From assembly GCA_904418825.1 (NCBI GenBank), contig CAJFPU010000001.1, positions 986-64,985 of the forward strand: 64,000 bases of DNA, given 5' to 3'. The notes under the pieces are model-generated. The model saw only the letters and a program-made list of their open reading frames with translations. It did not search any database and had not been told where the DNA came from. How positions within the stretch are numbered: position 1 is the first letter of the stretch; each line of letters starts with the position of its first letter. Positions 40,476 to 51,853 of the stretch are shown here, piece by piece. The translations under genes and the position numbers were made by a program. The stretch comes from an uncultured Romboutsia sp. (lineage in GTDB: Bacteria; Bacillota; Clostridia; Peptostreptococcales; Peptostreptococcaceae).

Positions 40476-40913
40476 TTATACAAAAACTATAGCTGTTAAT
40501 ATACCTAATATTGCTCCAAATAAAACTTCTTTTGGAGTATGTCCTATTAATTCTTTTAATCTTTTTTGCTCTATATGTTTTTTATGATGAAAATCATCCA
40601 ATATTTTGTTCAATATAGCAGCTTGTTTTCCAACAGCTCTTCTAACTCCAGAAGCATCATACATTATTATTAATGCAAATACAGTTACTATTGCAAAGTC
40701 AGTAGAATTAAATCCTCTTTCAATTCCGACTAATGTGGCTAAACTTGTTACAAAAGAACTATGTGAACTTGGCATTCCTCCTGAAGTAAATAATCTTGAA
40801 AATTGCATAAATTTATCTTTGCCTGTAAATATTTTAATAAATTGAGCTAAAAAACAAGCAAACATACTTATCGCCAAGACTTTATTGCTAAAAATTTGTG
40901 AAAAAAAGTTCAT
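40476..40913 (-). CDS. Divergent PAP2 (DUF212/YuiD) membrane protein
   Basis: SGGMPSSHS, MYDASGVRR, LKELIGHTP. Confidence 0.9.
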   Translation of the reverse strand: MNFFSQIFSNKVLAISMFACFLAQFIKIFTGKDKFMQFSRLFTSGGMPSSHSSFVTSLATLVGIERGFNSTDFAIVTVFALIIMYDASGVRRAVGKQAAILNKILDDFHHKKHIEQKRLKELIGHTPKEVLFGAILGILTAIVFV

Positions 40914-40922
40914 TTTTCCTCC

Positions 40923-41810
40923 TTAATACTCTCTGTCTATTATATAATCTGCTAAATCTCTTAAAAACTTAGTTTCCTCATTTATTGTCTTTATACTATC
41001 TTTAGCTTCTTGTATTAATTCATGCGCTATATTTTTTGATTCTTCTAAACCAAGTAATGATGGATATGTAGATTTCTGATTTTCTATATCACTCCCTACT
41101 TTTTTACCTAACTTAGATTCATCTCCTAATATATCTAATATATCATCTACAATTTGAAATGATAGACCGATATTTTTTGCATATTTAGTTATTTTTTCTA
41201 ATTGATTTGATGTTGCATCACCTATTATAGCACCTGCTCTCATACATCCAATTATTATAGCTGCAGTTTTATTATTATGTATATAGTCTAACTTATCCTT
41301 TGATATTTGTTTGTTTTCACTTTGAATGTCTACAACTTGACCACCTATCATACCATATATACCAGATGCTTTTGCAATTTCATTTATAGCTTTTAAATAT
41401 TTATTTGGATTTTTTTTATCTATTGAATTTGATAACATAACCTCAAAAGCATAATTCAAAAGAGCATCTCCAGCAAGTATTGCCATATCTTCTCCATATA
41501 CTATATGATTTGTTTTTTTGCCTCTTCTTAAATCATCATTATCTAGCGCTGGTAAGTCATCATGTATAAGTGAATATGTATGTATCATTTCTATTGCCAT
41601 AGCAAATGGTATAGAATCTTCTACATTTCCACCTACTGCTTTACAAGCTTCCATTGTTAATATGGGTCTTAATCTCTTTCCACCTGCACTTAAACTATAG
41701 TTCATAGATTCAATTATAATTTTTTGATAACCTTCTTCAGATGGCATATATGTTTTTAATAAACTCTCAACTTGATTAGCTCTTTCTTTTAAGGCTTGTT
41801 TAAATTCCAT
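40923..41810 (-). CDS. ispA: Farnesyl/geranyl diphosphate synthase
   Basis: GGKRLRP, IHDDLPALDNDDLRRGK, FQIVDDILD. Confidence 0.95.
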   Translation of the reverse strand: MEFKQALKERANQVESLLKTYMPSEEGYQKIIIESMNYSLSAGGKRLRPILTMEACKAVGGNVEDSIPFAMAIEMIHTYSLIHDDLPALDNDDLRRGKKTNHIVYGEDMAILAGDALLNYAFEVMLSNSIDKKNPNKYLKAINEIAKASGIYGMIGGQVVDIQSENKQISKDKLDYIHNNKTAAIIIGCMRAGAIIGDATSNQLEKITKYAKNIGLSFQIVDDILDILGDESKLGKKVGSDIENQKSTYPSLLGLEESKNIAHELIQEAKDSIKTINEETKFLRDLADYIIDREY

Positions 41811-41812
41811 AA

Positions 41813-42028
41813 TTACTCCTCCATAATATTAAAATCTTCTTCTATACCTAATTGATTAAACTTACTTATTTTTAATTGTGCATTATCTAAAAGCTTATTA
41901 CAATGTTTATAAAGCTTTATTCCTTCTTCATATAAACTAAGTGACTCATCTAAGCTAGTGCTTTTAGATTCTAATGTTTCTAAAATAGATTCTAGTTTAT
42001 TATAGGCTTCTTCATATGTTAAGTTCAT
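41813..42028 (-). CDS. xseB: Exodeoxyribonuclease VII small subunit
   Basis: [23 protein letters not shown]. Confidence 0.93.
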   Translation of the reverse strand: MNLTYEEAYNKLESILETLESKSTSLDESLSLYEEGIKLYKHCNKLLDNAQLKISKFNQLGIEEDFNIMEE

Positions 42029-42030
42029 AT

Positions 42031-43236
42031 TTACACCTCTTCATCTTCTATACTTTCTACATTGCATTTTATATTTCCATCTCTTAATTTTATATCTAAT
42101 TCTTCTTTTAATTTGATTTGTTTTATACTATTTATAATCTCGCCTTCTTTATGAACTATACTGTATCCTCTATCTAATGTTGCTAAAGGACTTAAATTGT
42201 GTAATATTATTCCTGTGTTTTTTAATCTTTCACTTTCTATACTTATAGTATTTTCTATCTCAAAATTTATTTTATCATATATCTTGTCTATTTGTGTTAT
42301 TTTATCTTTTATTGTGTATAATTTTAAATAGTTACCTATCTTCTCAAACACATAATCAATTCTATTTTTATCAAGATTAACTTGGTTAATTACAGACCTA
42401 TTAAGTCTATCTTTTATATTATCAAGTTTATATTCTAAATCAACTAAGTTAGGAGTAGCTATTTCAGCTGCTGCAGATGGAGTTGGTGCTCTCATATCTG
42501 CTACAAAATCACATATAGTAAAATCTGTTTCATGTCCTACTGCAGATATTATAGGTATTTTTGAATTAAAAACTTCTCTTGCTACTATTTCCTCGTTAAA
42601 TGACCAGAGTTCTTCTATAGAACCTCCACCTCTACCAACTATAATTATGTCTACATTATTTTTATTATTAAAAAATTTAATACCTTCACATATATCGTAT
42701 TTTGATTGAGATCCTTGTACATTAACTGGGTATAGCTTTATATTTACCTTTGGATATCTTCTTTTAATAACATTTATAATATCTCTTATAACTGCTCCTG
42801 TTTCAGATGTAATAACACCTATAGATTTAGGCATACTCGGTATTGATTTTTTATATTTAATATCAAATAAACCTTCTTCAGATAATTGTTCTTTAAGTTT
42901 ATTAAATTCAATATATAAATTTCCTAGTCCTTCTATTTCAATATCATTTATATATAATTGATACGATCCATCTCTTTCATAAAGTGATATATATCCATTA
43001 GCAATTACTTTTGACCCATTATCTAAATGTAAGTCTTTATTATAATTATTCTTAAATATAACACAATTTATCTTAGACTTTTCATCCTTTAAAGATAAAT
43101 ATACATTCCCACTACTATGTACTTTAAAATTTGATATTTCTCCTTTTACCTTTAAGTTATATAAAATTGCATCATTAGTTAATATTCGTTTTATATATGA
43201 GTTAACTTCACTTATTTCCAAAGCTCTCAGTTTCAT
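42031..43236 (-). CDS. xseA: Exodeoxyribonuclease VII large subunit
   Basis: [34 protein letters not shown]. Confidence 0.96.
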   Translation of the reverse strand: MKLRALEISEVNSYIKRILTNDAILYNLKVKGEISNFKVHSSGNVYLSLKDEKSKINCVIFKNNYNKDLHLDNGSKVIANGYISLYERDGSYQLYINDIEIEGLGNLYIEFNKLKEQLSEEGLFDIKYKKSIPSMPKSIGVITSETGAVIRDIINVIKRRYPKVNIKLYPVNVQGSQSKYDICEGIKFFNNKNNVDIIIVGRGGGSIEELWSFNEEIVAREVFNSKIPIISAVGHETDFTICDFVADMRAPTPSAAAEIATPNLVDLEYKLDNIKDRLNRSVINQVNLDKNRIDYVFEKIGNYLKLYTIKDKITQIDKIYDKINFEIENTISIESERLKNTGIILHNLSPLATLDRGYSIVHKEGEIINSIKQIKLKEELDIKLRDGNIKCNVESIEDEEV

Positions 43237-44194
43237 ATTTATCAACCCCTATTATAGCACATCCACATGCATTATCCGTTGAGTATTCTGGATTTGTAAA
43301 GTGTGAATATATTTTATCTTTTCTTAACTTTGTACTTAAATTATTACGTAAATATTTACTTGCAGCTACTCCACCACAAAATATCACTTCATTTACATTG
43401 TATAAGTCACATATATAAGTCAAAGACTTATACATATTTCTAACTACTGCATCTAAAACCAGTTTAGATATATATTTAGAATCCTCTGAATCTATTAACT
43501 TATTTACTTGATTTTCAAGTCCCGATAAGTTCATGTATCCTTCTTTTACTGAAGTTTTAAGTCCTTTTAAAATTTTTATATCACAATCTATTGCATTTTT
43601 ATCTATATACTTACCTGCTGGAAAGTTATATCCTAATTTAACTCCTGTTCTGTCTATAAACTGCCCAAAACTTATATCTTTACTTCCTCCAACTATTTCT
43701 ATATTATATTCTAAAGAATTTTTCTTTCTATTTAATAATAGTATTTCTGTAGTTCCACCTGACATATGTACAGATAAAAATCTATCTCTGTTTATCATTT
43801 TAGAATTTAATAAACTAGCTTCAATATGATTTTCTTGATGAGTAGTTTCATAAAATTTACAATTTAATGAATTAGCCATAACCTTTGCAAAGTTATAGCC
43901 AACTGTAAATACCGGCATATAAGAATTTTCTACTGGCCTTGGTTTTTTCGATACACAAACTCCTACTATGTTATAATTATTATGTAGTAAATTTAATTTT
44001 TCACTAAGCTCTCCTAAGTTATTTATATGTTGAAAAACTCCTTCACTTTGCCTTAATCCTTTTGTATTTTCTTTAACATTTAGCATTATTTTTTCATTTA
44101 AAATAATGCTTTTTTCTAAAGTTATAGCTGCTATAGAAGTTGTATAGCAGCTAGTATCAATTCCAATTATTATATTATTTTTTTTCAAACTCAT
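43208..44194 (-). CDS. TsaD/Kae1-family paralog (ASKHA fold)
   Basis: [31 protein letters not shown]. Confidence 0.8.
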   Translation of the reverse strand: MSLKKNNIIIGIDTSCYTTSIAAITLEKSIILNEKIMLNVKENTKGLRQSEGVFQHINNLGELSEKLNLLHNNYNIVGVCVSKKPRPVENSYMPVFTVGYNFAKVMANSLNCKFYETTHQENHIEASLLNSKMINRDRFLSVHMSGGTTEILLLNRKKNSLEYNIEIVGGSKDISFGQFIDRTGVKLGYNFPAGKYIDKNAIDCDIKILKGLKTSVKEGYMNLSGLENQVNKLIDSEDSKYISKLVLDAVVRNMYKSLTYICDLYNVNEVIFCGGVAASKYLRNNLSTKLRKDKIYSHFTNPEYSTDNACGCAIIGVDKYETESFGNK

Positions 44195-44687
44195 TTACAA
44201 CACTACCTAATATTCCATTTATAAACTTAGGAGCCTTGTCATCACAATAAAGCTTAGCTAACTCTATAGCTTCATTTATAGAAACTTTACTTGGTACTTC
44301 CTCTATAAATACTAATTCACATATAGCAAGTCTTAATATAGATAAATCAACTTTAGGCATTCTACTTACCGACCAATTCTTTGCATATTTATTTATTAAT
44401 TCATCTATTTTATCCTTATTTTCTTTTAATTTTTTACATATCAAAGCCATATACTCTTTATCTACTGCATCATCTAATTGTATATTATTAAGTTCTACAT
44501 TTGGATTATTTGAATACTGTAGTCTAAGTTCTTCATATCTGTTTATTATATATTCAAGGTTATCATTTAAAAATATATCTAATCTTTCTTCTATATTTTC
44601 TATATCCTCTTTATTCATTTCTATTTGATATATTAATTTCATAATATATTCTCTACTAGTTACTTTTCTCGCCTTATCACTTTTCAT
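44175..44687 (-). CDS. nusB: Transcription antitermination factor NusB
   Basis: [35 protein letters not shown]. Confidence 0.95.
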   Translation of the reverse strand: MKSDKARKVTSREYIMKLIYQIEMNKEDIENIEERLDIFLNDNLEYIINRYEELRLQYSNNPNVELNNIQLDDAVDKEYMALICKKLKENKDKIDELINKYAKNWSVSRMPKVDLSILRLAICELVFIEEVPSKVSINEAIELAKLYCDDKAPKFINGILGSVVNEFEKK

Positions 44688-44731
44688 TAGTGTAATCCTC
44701 CTTTAAGTTTATTATGCTCATATTAAACAAT

Positions 44732-44762
44732 AAAAAAACCTCTGATTTTTCAGAGGTTTTTT
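44732..44762 (-). terminator. Terminator after asp23
   Basis: aaaaaaacctctga / tcagaggttttttt inverted repeat. Confidence 0.7.
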
Positions 44763-44763
44763 A

Positions 44764-45126
44764 TTAACTTTTTTTAGATTGTTTAGCTTCTTCCTTTTCA
44801 GCTTTTTCCTTTTTAAAGCTGATTCCTTGAACATGTATATTTACTTGAGAAACTTTAAGTCCTGTCATTGTTTCAACAGTATTTTTTACATTTTCCTGAA
44901 TTTTAAAAGCTATTTCTGGTATAGATACACCATAATCTATCATAACCATTACGTCTAAGCTAACTTCCTCTTCTTCTATTTGTATCTTTACACCATTATT
45001 TTTAAGTATTTTATCTGTAAATGTTGTATTAGTTTCTACACCTTCTACTTCTAAAGCTGCAAGTCCTGCTATTGTAGCAACTACATCATTAGATATTTTT
45101 ACTTGTCCAAAATTATTATTTTCCAT
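44764..45126 (-). CDS. Asp23/Gls24 family protein (YqhY-like)
   Basis: GQVKISNDVVATIAG, IQENVKNTVETMTGL..VNIHV; promoter TTGCAA-N17-TATTAT at 45201-45173. Confidence 0.9.
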   Translation of the reverse strand: MENNNFGQVKISNDVVATIAGLAALEVEGVETNTTFTDKILKNNGVKIQIEEEEVSLDVMVMIDYGVSIPEIAFKIQENVKNTVETMTGLKVSQVNIHVQGISFKKEKAEKEEAKQSKKS

Positions 45127-45249
45127 TTCAAATACTACCCCCTTATTTTAAGGAACTATATTTATATATATAATAATACCAAATACAATCCCACTTTGCA
45201 AGAAAATAACCTCAGTTATTTTCCGAGGTTATTAGATGTATAATATCAT

Positions 45250-45882
45250 TTACTTATTATTATTCATCAATTTTATATTTTCATATTTTACATCAGCTTG
45301 TTCAGCAACTAAATCAAATATTTTAGCAGCATCTGTTTCACCTAACTTTTCCTCACTTACAACAACATTAACTTTCCCTTCATTTATGTATACTAATGCA
45401 TTTTCAAATCCTTTAGTACTTAATATATTTTCTATATTTAGTTCTGATTCTTGATCCTTAACTAATTGTAATTTCTTAGCAGATGCTTCTTTTCTAGCTT
45501 CTTCAGATGTAGATGGATTATTTATCATCTCATTTAAATCTTGAGCTAAATTATTTCTTTGCTTTTCTCTAGTCATTTTCATATCTAATATATAAGTAGC
45601 CTTTTTCATATTTTTCTCTGATGTAAGTTGCTTTTCTATTTGCTTACTAGCCTCTGTAACTTTTTCTTCTACTTGACTTTCTTTACTATCTACTACTTTA
45701 ATATCTTCTTCATTATCTACATCCATATTTTTTTCATTTTGAGCCTGTTCATATGCTGTAAATTCTTTAGAAGTTTCTAATAAAGACTTTCTACTTAATT
45801 GATAATTTACAGTTCCTATTACAACTAGCATAGCTGATAATGTTATTACTACAAATCCTCTTCCCTTATAATTAAATTTCAT
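45250..45882 (-). CDS. spoIIIAH: Stage III sporulation protein AH
   Basis: N-terminal TM, ENILSTKGFENALV; last of eight spoIIIA genes. Confidence 0.9.
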   Translation of the reverse strand: MKFNYKGRGFVVITLSAMLVVIGTVNYQLSRKSLLETSKEFTAYEQAQNEKNMDVDNEEDIKVVDSKESQVEEKVTEASKQIEKQLTSEKNMKKATYILDMKMTREKQRNNLAQDLNEMINNPSTSEEARKEASAKKLQLVKDQESELNIENILSTKGFENALVYINEGKVNVVVSEEKLGETDAAKIFDLVAEQADVKYENIKLMNNNK

Positions 45883-45912
45883 TTTTATCCCCCCAAGTTT
45901 ATTTTAATATTT

Positions 45913-46458
45913 TTATTTAGTATATATCTCTACTTGATGACCTTGCACTTGTAAAGCTGTTTGCACTGCACTATAAAGTGTTTCTTTTACATTAAGATCT
46001 TTAGCTCCAGTTGCTACTACTATTACTCCATTTATTTTAGGTTGATTAGTTTTTATAACTATAGGATCATTAGCACTTGATGTTATCATTGTTTTATTTT
46101 CACTAGATGTTGTAACTGTTCTTTCTCCACCTTGCTTATCTACTTCCTTTGTCTCTTCCATTGTAGTGTTAGTATTAAAAGCTGGTTGAATTTCTTCACT
46201 TGATTCATATGTAATCATAACATCTAGTTCTCCAGCACCTTCAATTTGTGATAATATATTTTTAAGTTTTTCTTCTAATGCAGTTTTTGACGATTCATTA
46301 CTTAACTCTTCTTGAGTTATATTATTAATTTCATCTTTACTTACTATTTCTTTATTTTCTATTCCTGACATAGCTATAAGTGAAATACCACAAATTACTG
46401 CCAAAGATAATAGCCAGTATATTTTCTTCTTCTCTTTTTCATTTAGATTTTTAAACAT
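45913..46458 (-). CDS. spoIIIAG: Stage III sporulation protein AG
   Basis: ILSQIEGAG..VMITY, PKINGVIVVATGA. Confidence 0.92.
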   Translation of the reverse strand: MFKNLNEKEKKKIYWLLSLAVICGISLIAMSGIENKEIVSKDEINNITQEELSNESSKTALEEKLKNILSQIEGAGELDVMITYESSEEIQPAFNTNTTMEETKEVDKQGGERTVTTSSENKTMITSSANDPIVIKTNQPKINGVIVVATGAKDLNVKETLYSAVQTALQVQGHQVEIYTK

Positions 46459-46472
46459 CTCCTCATCCCCTA

Positions 46473-47057
46473 TTAATCAATTTCTATAGCTTCAATTGAT
46501 ACATCTAGTATTTTTACTAAGTCTTCTTTTAGATTATCTTCGTTTAAATCTAAACTATGTTTAGTACTTCTTTGTTCATCATTTTCGTTAAATACTTGTT
46601 GTGATTTTTCATTTTCTTTAGATTGTATGTCCTCATTTTCAATTTTATTACTATTATTTTTATCTTTCACAGTTATTTTTCCAATTTTATTACCTTTAAT
46701 TTCTAATTCATCTAATTCATATCCATATTCATTTAATTTCAATTTAAGGACTTCTTTTAACCCATCTTCATATCCTTTTGATAAATTATTATTTCCAGTT
46801 CTATCTGCTAATCCATTTATAGTATCTACATATTGCTTATTATACTCAGTCATATATTTTAATACACTATCCTCTAGAGACATATCTTTAGAAAAAAAAT
46901 TTACTATTGGTGTTAAAATTATGAATACAAATATAAAATTAATAACTAAATTTATATATGGTTTTATCTTAGAAGAAGGTAAGATCATATCAACTATATT
47001 AACTATAAATGCACCTATTAAAATTGTTACAATCCATGTTTTTATACTTTCTAACAA
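46473..47057 (-). CDS. spoIIIAF: Stage III sporulation protein AF
   Basis: IKTW..ILPSSKIKPYI..ILTP; TTG 47057 behind AGGTGA (ORF track over-extends). Confidence 0.88.
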   Translation of the reverse strand: MLESIKTWIVTILIGAFIVNIVDMILPSSKIKPYINLVINFIFVFIILTPIVNFFSKDMSLEDSVLKYMTEYNKQYVDTINGLADRTGNNNLSKGYEDGLKEVLKLKLNEYGYELDELEIKGNKIGKITVKDKNNSNKIENEDIQSKENEKSQQVFNENDEQRSTKHSLDLNEDNLKEDLVKILDVSIEAIEID

Positions 47058-47065
47058 ATTATCAC

Positions 47066-48250
47066 CTATCCTCCCGAAACTACACTTATAGATGTTAATA
47101 TAGCTACTGTTACAAAAAACATTATCGTTATAGCTATTATACATGCAAGTAATATCATCATTAAATTTGCAACTTCATTTAAAAAACTTGATATATTATC
47201 CTCTCCTATAGGCTCTACAGCTATTGCAGACACTTTATATACTAATATTATCGACAATATTTTTATAATCGGAACTATACATATTCCTACTAAAATTATT
47301 AAACCTATACCTCCAAATACACCTTTTATAAGTTGAGATGATGATAGTAAAATATCTACAGAATCTGATACAAATCCTCCAACTACCGGAATAAAGTTGC
47401 CTATTGCAAATTTAGCTGTTTTTACCGTAAAATTATCAATACTAGTTACATATAATCCTTGTATAGATACTAGTCCTAAATATATGGTGAACATAGCTCC
47501 TATACAAACTAAATTTATTTGTTTTATAAATGATGATAATTTTTTAAGTTTTATATTTTTAGATATATTATTAACTACTAGTATTGCAAAACCAACTGAT
47601 ATTGATACAAATATGAATTGTTTAAAGATAACATTTATAAATGCTACTCCTCCTATAAATATAGGATTTAATACGGCTGATGTTATTGGACATCCCATAA
47701 GCGCAAGGAATGCTATTAGTATAGGCATTATAACCTGCATAATACCTATAGTTGAATTTATAGTATTATTACAAATTTCTAGTACATCTTTAAATCCTAT
47801 CAGTGTAAATGAAACCATAGTTATAAATACTATGTACGTCGTGATTTGGCTTACTGCATTTGATGAGAAAGAATTATCTAAACTTTTTAGTAGTGATGAT
47901 AATAATGCTAAAACTAATATTATCATGGATATTTTTATATTTCCTTTTAATTCATCAAATAAAAGTATCTTTATATTTTCTTTATCAAATAAATCTAATA
48001 TATTTCTGTCACCTTTTATCAAATCTTTTATAAATACTCTTAAGTCAATATCATGTATTATAGATGATTCTTTTATATGCTTTTGTATTTCTTGTAAATC
48101 TATTTTTTCTAACTGATTATCTATATATGAATCTATACTTTTTTTAGTTTCATTATAATCTGCATTCTCATCTTCATTTGCAAAAGATACAGAAAAAGAT
48201 CCTATTATTATTAAAATAGTAACTAGTATTTTTAAATATATTTTTTTCAT
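47066..48250 (-). CDS. spoIIIAE: Stage III sporulation protein AE
   Basis: Multi-TM, KTAKFAIGNFIPVVGG. Confidence 0.93.
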   Translation of the reverse strand: MKKIYLKILVTILIIIGSFSVSFANEDENADYNETKKSIDSYIDNQLEKIDLQEIQKHIKESSIIHDIDLRVFIKDLIKGDRNILDLFDKENIKILLFDELKGNIKISMIILVLALLSSLLKSLDNSFSSNAVSQITTYIVFITMVSFTLIGFKDVLEICNNTINSTIGIMQVIMPILIAFLALMGCPITSAVLNPIFIGGVAFINVIFKQFIFVSISVGFAILVVNNISKNIKLKKLSSFIKQINLVCIGAMFTIYLGLVSIQGLYVTSIDNFTVKTAKFAIGNFIPVVGGFVSDSVDILLSSSQLIKGVFGGIGLIILVGICIVPIIKILSIILVYKVSAIAVEPIGEDNISSFLNEVANLMMILLACIIAITIMFFVTVAILTSISVVSGG

Positions 48251-48264
48251 AAGTTATCATTCTC

Positions 48265-48651
48265 CTATGGGATAATATTTAATACCATTTCTACTATTGA
48301 TAAAAGTATAGGAAATGACATTGTCATTACTATTATTTTGCCTCCAAACTCAAGCTTAGATGCTATATTTCCTTCCCCACAATCTTTACAAAGTTGTATT
48401 GCAAATTCCATAAGATATGCTATTCCTATTAGCTTTATTATTAAAGTTATATATATACTCGGTATATTAGCTTTATTTGCTAAATTATTTATACTTTCAA
48501 TTATAAAACCTAATTTAAATATCACAGATGTTAATATAATTAGTCCTGTAAGTATTCCTATAAACATAGCTATCTCTGGCCTATCTTTCTTAATTACCAA
48601 ACAAAGTGCGGTTGATATAATTGCAATACCTATAATTTGCATAACTTCCAA
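48265..48651 (-). CDS. spoIIIAD: Stage III sporulation protein AD
   Basis: KLIGIAYLMEF..LCKDCGE..IASKLE.GGK. Confidence 0.95.
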   Translation of the reverse strand: MEVMQIIGIAIISTALCLVIKKDRPEIAMFIGILTGLIILTSVIFKLGFIIESINNLANKANIPSIYITLIIKLIGIAYLMEFAIQLCKDCGEGNIASKLEFGGKIIVMTMSFPILLSIVEMVLNIIP

Positions 48652-48667
48652 TATACATCACCTCTCT

Positions 48668-48865
48668 TTAATAAAGCTGAAACATAGTCTTTACTGTATT
48701 AAATAACATACTTATTTCAGTTAATACCATACCTAAAACTATTATTACTCCTGCTAGTGTAGTGAATGTCGCCCAATCTTTTCTGTCTGTCTTGTCTAAA
48801 ATCATATTAAGAATAGATATTAATAAACCTACTCCAGCCACTTTTATTATTAATGATATATCCAT
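48668..48865 (-). CDS. spoIIIAC: Stage III sporulation protein AC
   Basis: MDISLIIKVAGVG, TLAG, VKTMFQL. Confidence 0.93.
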   Translation of the reverse strand: MDISLIIKVAGVGLLISILNMILDKTDRKDWATFTTLAGVIIVLGMVLTEISMLFNTVKTMFQLY

Positions 48866-48877
48866 GCTAATCCTCCT

Positions 48878-49399
48878 CTAAAATAAAATTATTCCAATCA
48901 TTATTCCTATAATGGTTACTAATTTTTTATATACCATACCCTTTTGACTTATATCTTCTTTAGTTTCTTCTGTTATTTTTTTTAAATTTTCAATAGATAA
49001 ATCTATCATCCTTGATTGAGACTCTATATCACTTTTTCCAAGAGTAAGTACAAGCTTTTTAAATTCTTCAATCTCTTTATTTTGTAAATAAGTATCTTTT
49101 ATTAAAATATTTATACTGTCATTTAATATTTCATCTAAAAGTTTACATGGATTATTATGTAATTCATATTCTAGTGTTTTAAAAAAATTACAAGTACAAA
49201 ATTCTTTCTTATTACTTAAACTCTTAAAAATCTCCTCCAATGTGTACAATCCAAAGGATAAGTCTATCTTCATCATCTCTAATATTCTTATGAGGTCATT
49301 AATCTCTTTATGTCTTTTTATATAAGCTTTATATATATATTCTCCAATTAAATAACTACAAGCTATCAAAATACCAATTACAAAAATCTTAATTTGCAA
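48878..49399 (-). CDS. spoIIIAB: Stage III sporulation protein AB
   Basis: Terminal TM helices, LGKSDIESQ; operon position. Confidence 0.88.
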   Translation of the reverse strand: MQIKIFVIGILIACSYLIGEYIYKAYIKRHKEINDLIRILEMMKIDLSFGLYTLEEIFKSLSNKKEFCTCNFFKTLEYELHNNPCKLLDEILNDSINILIKDTYLQNKEIEEFKKLVLTLGKSDIESQSRMIDLSIENLKKITEETKEDISQKGMVYKKLVTIIGIMIGIILF

Positions 49400-50357
49400 A
49401 ATACCATCTCTTTTCTTCTAAATCATATATTTTCTCAATTGTTCCAGGTCCTTTTTTAGCAGATAATATTATAACCTTTTTAAATAATTCACTATCTAAT
49501 AAATTATTTAGTTCCTTTCTATTTTTTATATCTTCAATTGAATCTCCATGAACTGTTGTTATTAAACTTACTCCTCCATTTAAAGCTGTATATAAAGCCT
49601 TTATTTCATCTATATTTCCTATTTCATCAGTAACTATCACATTAGGTGACATAGATCTTAAAAGCATCATAATTCCTATATCTTTAGGACAAGTTTCTAT
49701 TATATCAGTTCTTATTCCTACATCCATTTGAGGTATTCCTAAGTAAGATCCCGATATCTCATTACGCTCATCTATTAAAGCAACTTTCATACCATCAAAT
49801 TCAAATTCCTTATTTCCATTACTTATATTCCTTACAATATCCCTTATTAAAGTTGTCTTACCACATTGAGGAGGTGATATTATCAAGGTATTATTTATTT
49901 GGTTTTTGCCTTTTATAATATGTCTTAAAACTTTATCTGAACATCCTAAAACTTCTCTTGAAATTCTTATATTTAACGAAGATATATGTTTTATATTTTT
50001 AACTTGTCCATCTTCTATAATTGTTTTGCCAACTATTCCTACCCTATGTCCTCCTCTAAGAGTTATGAATCCTTTTTTTATATCATCAATAAAAGAATGG
50101 ATTGAATATTTGCACATTATTTGAAATGTTTGATCTATATCATCTTTACTAACTATATATGGATTATCCATATTAAAATCTAATTTATTTAATCTAGTAT
50201 TATAAAAATAGTCCTTATTATTTGCATTTACTATTAATGGTTTTAAAGACCTTAGTCTTATCTCTTCTATGTTTATATTATCTTTTGATATACTTTTTAT
50301 CATTTCTCTTAAGTTAATCGAAAGTGAATTTACAACTTCTTCTAAAATCTCACTCAT
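49389..50357 (-). CDS. spoIIIAA: Stage III sporulation ATPase AA
   Basis: EEIRLR, GGHRVG, SPPQCGKTT, DERNEI, RSMSP..DEIG. Confidence 0.96.
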   Translation of the reverse strand: MSEILEEVVNSLSINLREMIKSISKDNINIEEIRLRSLKPLIVNANNKDYFYNTRLNKLDFNMDNPYIVSKDDIDQTFQIMCKYSIHSFIDDIKKGFITLRGGHRVGIVGKTIIEDGQVKNIKHISSLNIRISREVLGCSDKVLRHIIKGKNQINNTLIISPPQCGKTTLIRDIVRNISNGNKEFEFDGMKVALIDERNEISGSYLGIPQMDVGIRTDIIETCPKDIGIMMLLRSMSPNVIVTDEIGNIDEIKALYTALNGGVSLITTVHGDSIEDIKNRKELNNLLDSELFKKVIILSAKKGPGTIEKIYDLEEKRWYFAN

Positions 50358-50387
50358 ACCTTGTCCTCCTCTCTTGTTTATATAATC

Positions 50388-50416
50388 ATTGTATTTATAA
50401 TATAAGTAAAATATGA
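50388..50416 (-). promoter_or_regulatory. SigE promoter of the spoIIIA operon
   Basis: TCATATT-N14-AATACAAT. Confidence 0.75.
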
Positions 50417-50503
50417 CCTATTTTTATAAAATTTTAATTAATATACTCTTATAGCTTGATATATACATTATGAATTATAAAAAAATAATATTTTATAAAT
50501 AAA

Positions 50504-50540
50504 TAAAGCCCAGTAATCTTTCTAAATTACTAGGCTTTTT
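50504..50540 (-). terminator. plsX terminator
   Basis: aaagcccagtaat / attactaggcttt inverted repeat (G.U on the minus strand). Confidence 0.65.
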
Positions 50541-50592
50541 CATATTTAAATCTTTATATTTTAATTATTTTTAATTTTATACATATTATTTA

Positions 50593-51600
50593 TTATTTAT
50601 CTTCAGCTTTATTATCTTCCAAAAACTTTTCTATTTCCTTAACTACATTCGCTTTAGTAAACTTTATACCTTGATTTATAGCATTTTTTATAGCATTTGA
50701 ATCCGAACTTCCATGTGCTTTTATTACTCCTCCATTTACTCCTAAAAGTGGCGCTCCTCCATATTCAGAATAATCCATAAAGCTCTTTAATTTTTTCATA
50801 TCATCCTTTATAAGCATGGCACCTAATTTCCCTTTTGTACTACTTAATAAAGTTGCTTTTATAAGATTCATCACAGACATAGCTACACCTTCAGCTGACT
50901 TTAATAATATATTTCCTGTAAATCCATCACAAACTATTATATCTGTATATGCATTTATAACATCCCTTGCTTCTATATTACCTATAAAGTTTAAATCTAA
51001 ATCCTTTAATTCTTCATAAGACTTTTTAACTAAATCATTTCCTTTTCCTTCTTCTATACCGATATTAGCTAAAGCTATTTTAGGATTATTTATTTCTAAT
51101 ACTTTACTAGCATATATATTACTCATACCAGCAAATTGAACTAAATTTATAGGTTTACAATCAGCATTAGCTCCACCATCTGCAATAATAGTCATTCCTC
51201 TTTTTACGTTTGGTAAAGCTGGACATAAACAAGGTCTATCTATACCTTTTATTCTTCCTACTACAAATACTCCTCCAGCAAGGACTGCTCCAGTATTTCC
51301 CGCTGATATAAAAGCTTGTGCCTTACCTTCTTTAACAAGTCTAAGTCCCACTACCATAGATGAATCCTTCTTACTTCTAATCGCTTTTACTGGCTTATCT
51401 TCATTTTCAATAACTTCTGTAGTATGTAGTATTTCTAATTTACTTTTATCAAATTCATAATTAGAGAACTCTTGCTCTAACAAGTCTTTATCTCCAGTTA
51501 TTATTATATCTACATTATATTCATTTATAGCATTTACTACACCCTCTACATTTGACTTTGGAGCATTATCTCCACCCATACCATCTACTACAATTTTCAT
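50593..51600 (-). CDS. plsX: Phosphate acyltransferase PlsX
   Basis: DGMGGDNAP, SAGNTGA, CDGFTGN, YGGAPLLG..KAHGSS. Confidence 0.97.
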   Translation of the reverse strand: MKIVVDGMGGDNAPKSNVEGVVNAINEYNVDIIITGDKDLLEQEFSNYEFDKSKLEILHTTEVIENEDKPVKAIRSKKDSSMVVGLRLVKEGKAQAFISAGNTGAVLAGGVFVVGRIKGIDRPCLCPALPNVKRGMTIIADGGANADCKPINLVQFAGMSNIYASKVLEINNPKIALANIGIEEGKGNDLVKKSYEELKDLDLNFIGNIEARDVINAYTDIIVCDGFTGNILLKSAEGVAMSVMNLIKATLLSSTKGKLGAMLIKDDMKKLKSFMDYSEYGGAPLLGVNGGVIKAHGSSDSNAIKNAINQGIKFTKANVVKEIEKFLEDNKAEDK

Positions 51601-51823
51601 AGATATTCCTCCTCAATTCTAATTTATATACAAATAATCATTAATATTATAAAAATTTTATTAACTTTAGAAATATATCTGCAAAACGCTTATATCACTA
51701 ACTATATACCTTTATTACCACTTCGAATACATTTATTATGTAAATATATTTAAATTGTTGGTAAATACTAATAGTAGTATGCTATATTATCATAAAATTA
51801 TCAATATATTATTTTAAAACAAA

Positions 51824-51853
51824 AAAACATGTAGAATATATTCTACATGTTTT
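51824..51853 (-). terminator. rpmF terminator
   Basis: aaaacatgtagaat / attctacatgtttt inverted repeat with T-run. Confidence 0.75.

Noticed and set aside
44460-44560. Apparent insertion of about 25 aa in NusB
   Set aside because: It lies in a variable region with all core motifs intact; likely a lineage trait.
51601-51823. fapR remnant or FapR operator upstream of plsX
   Set aside because: Only a TTAGTA half-site and no convincing FapR peptide fragments; cannot be supported without an alignment.
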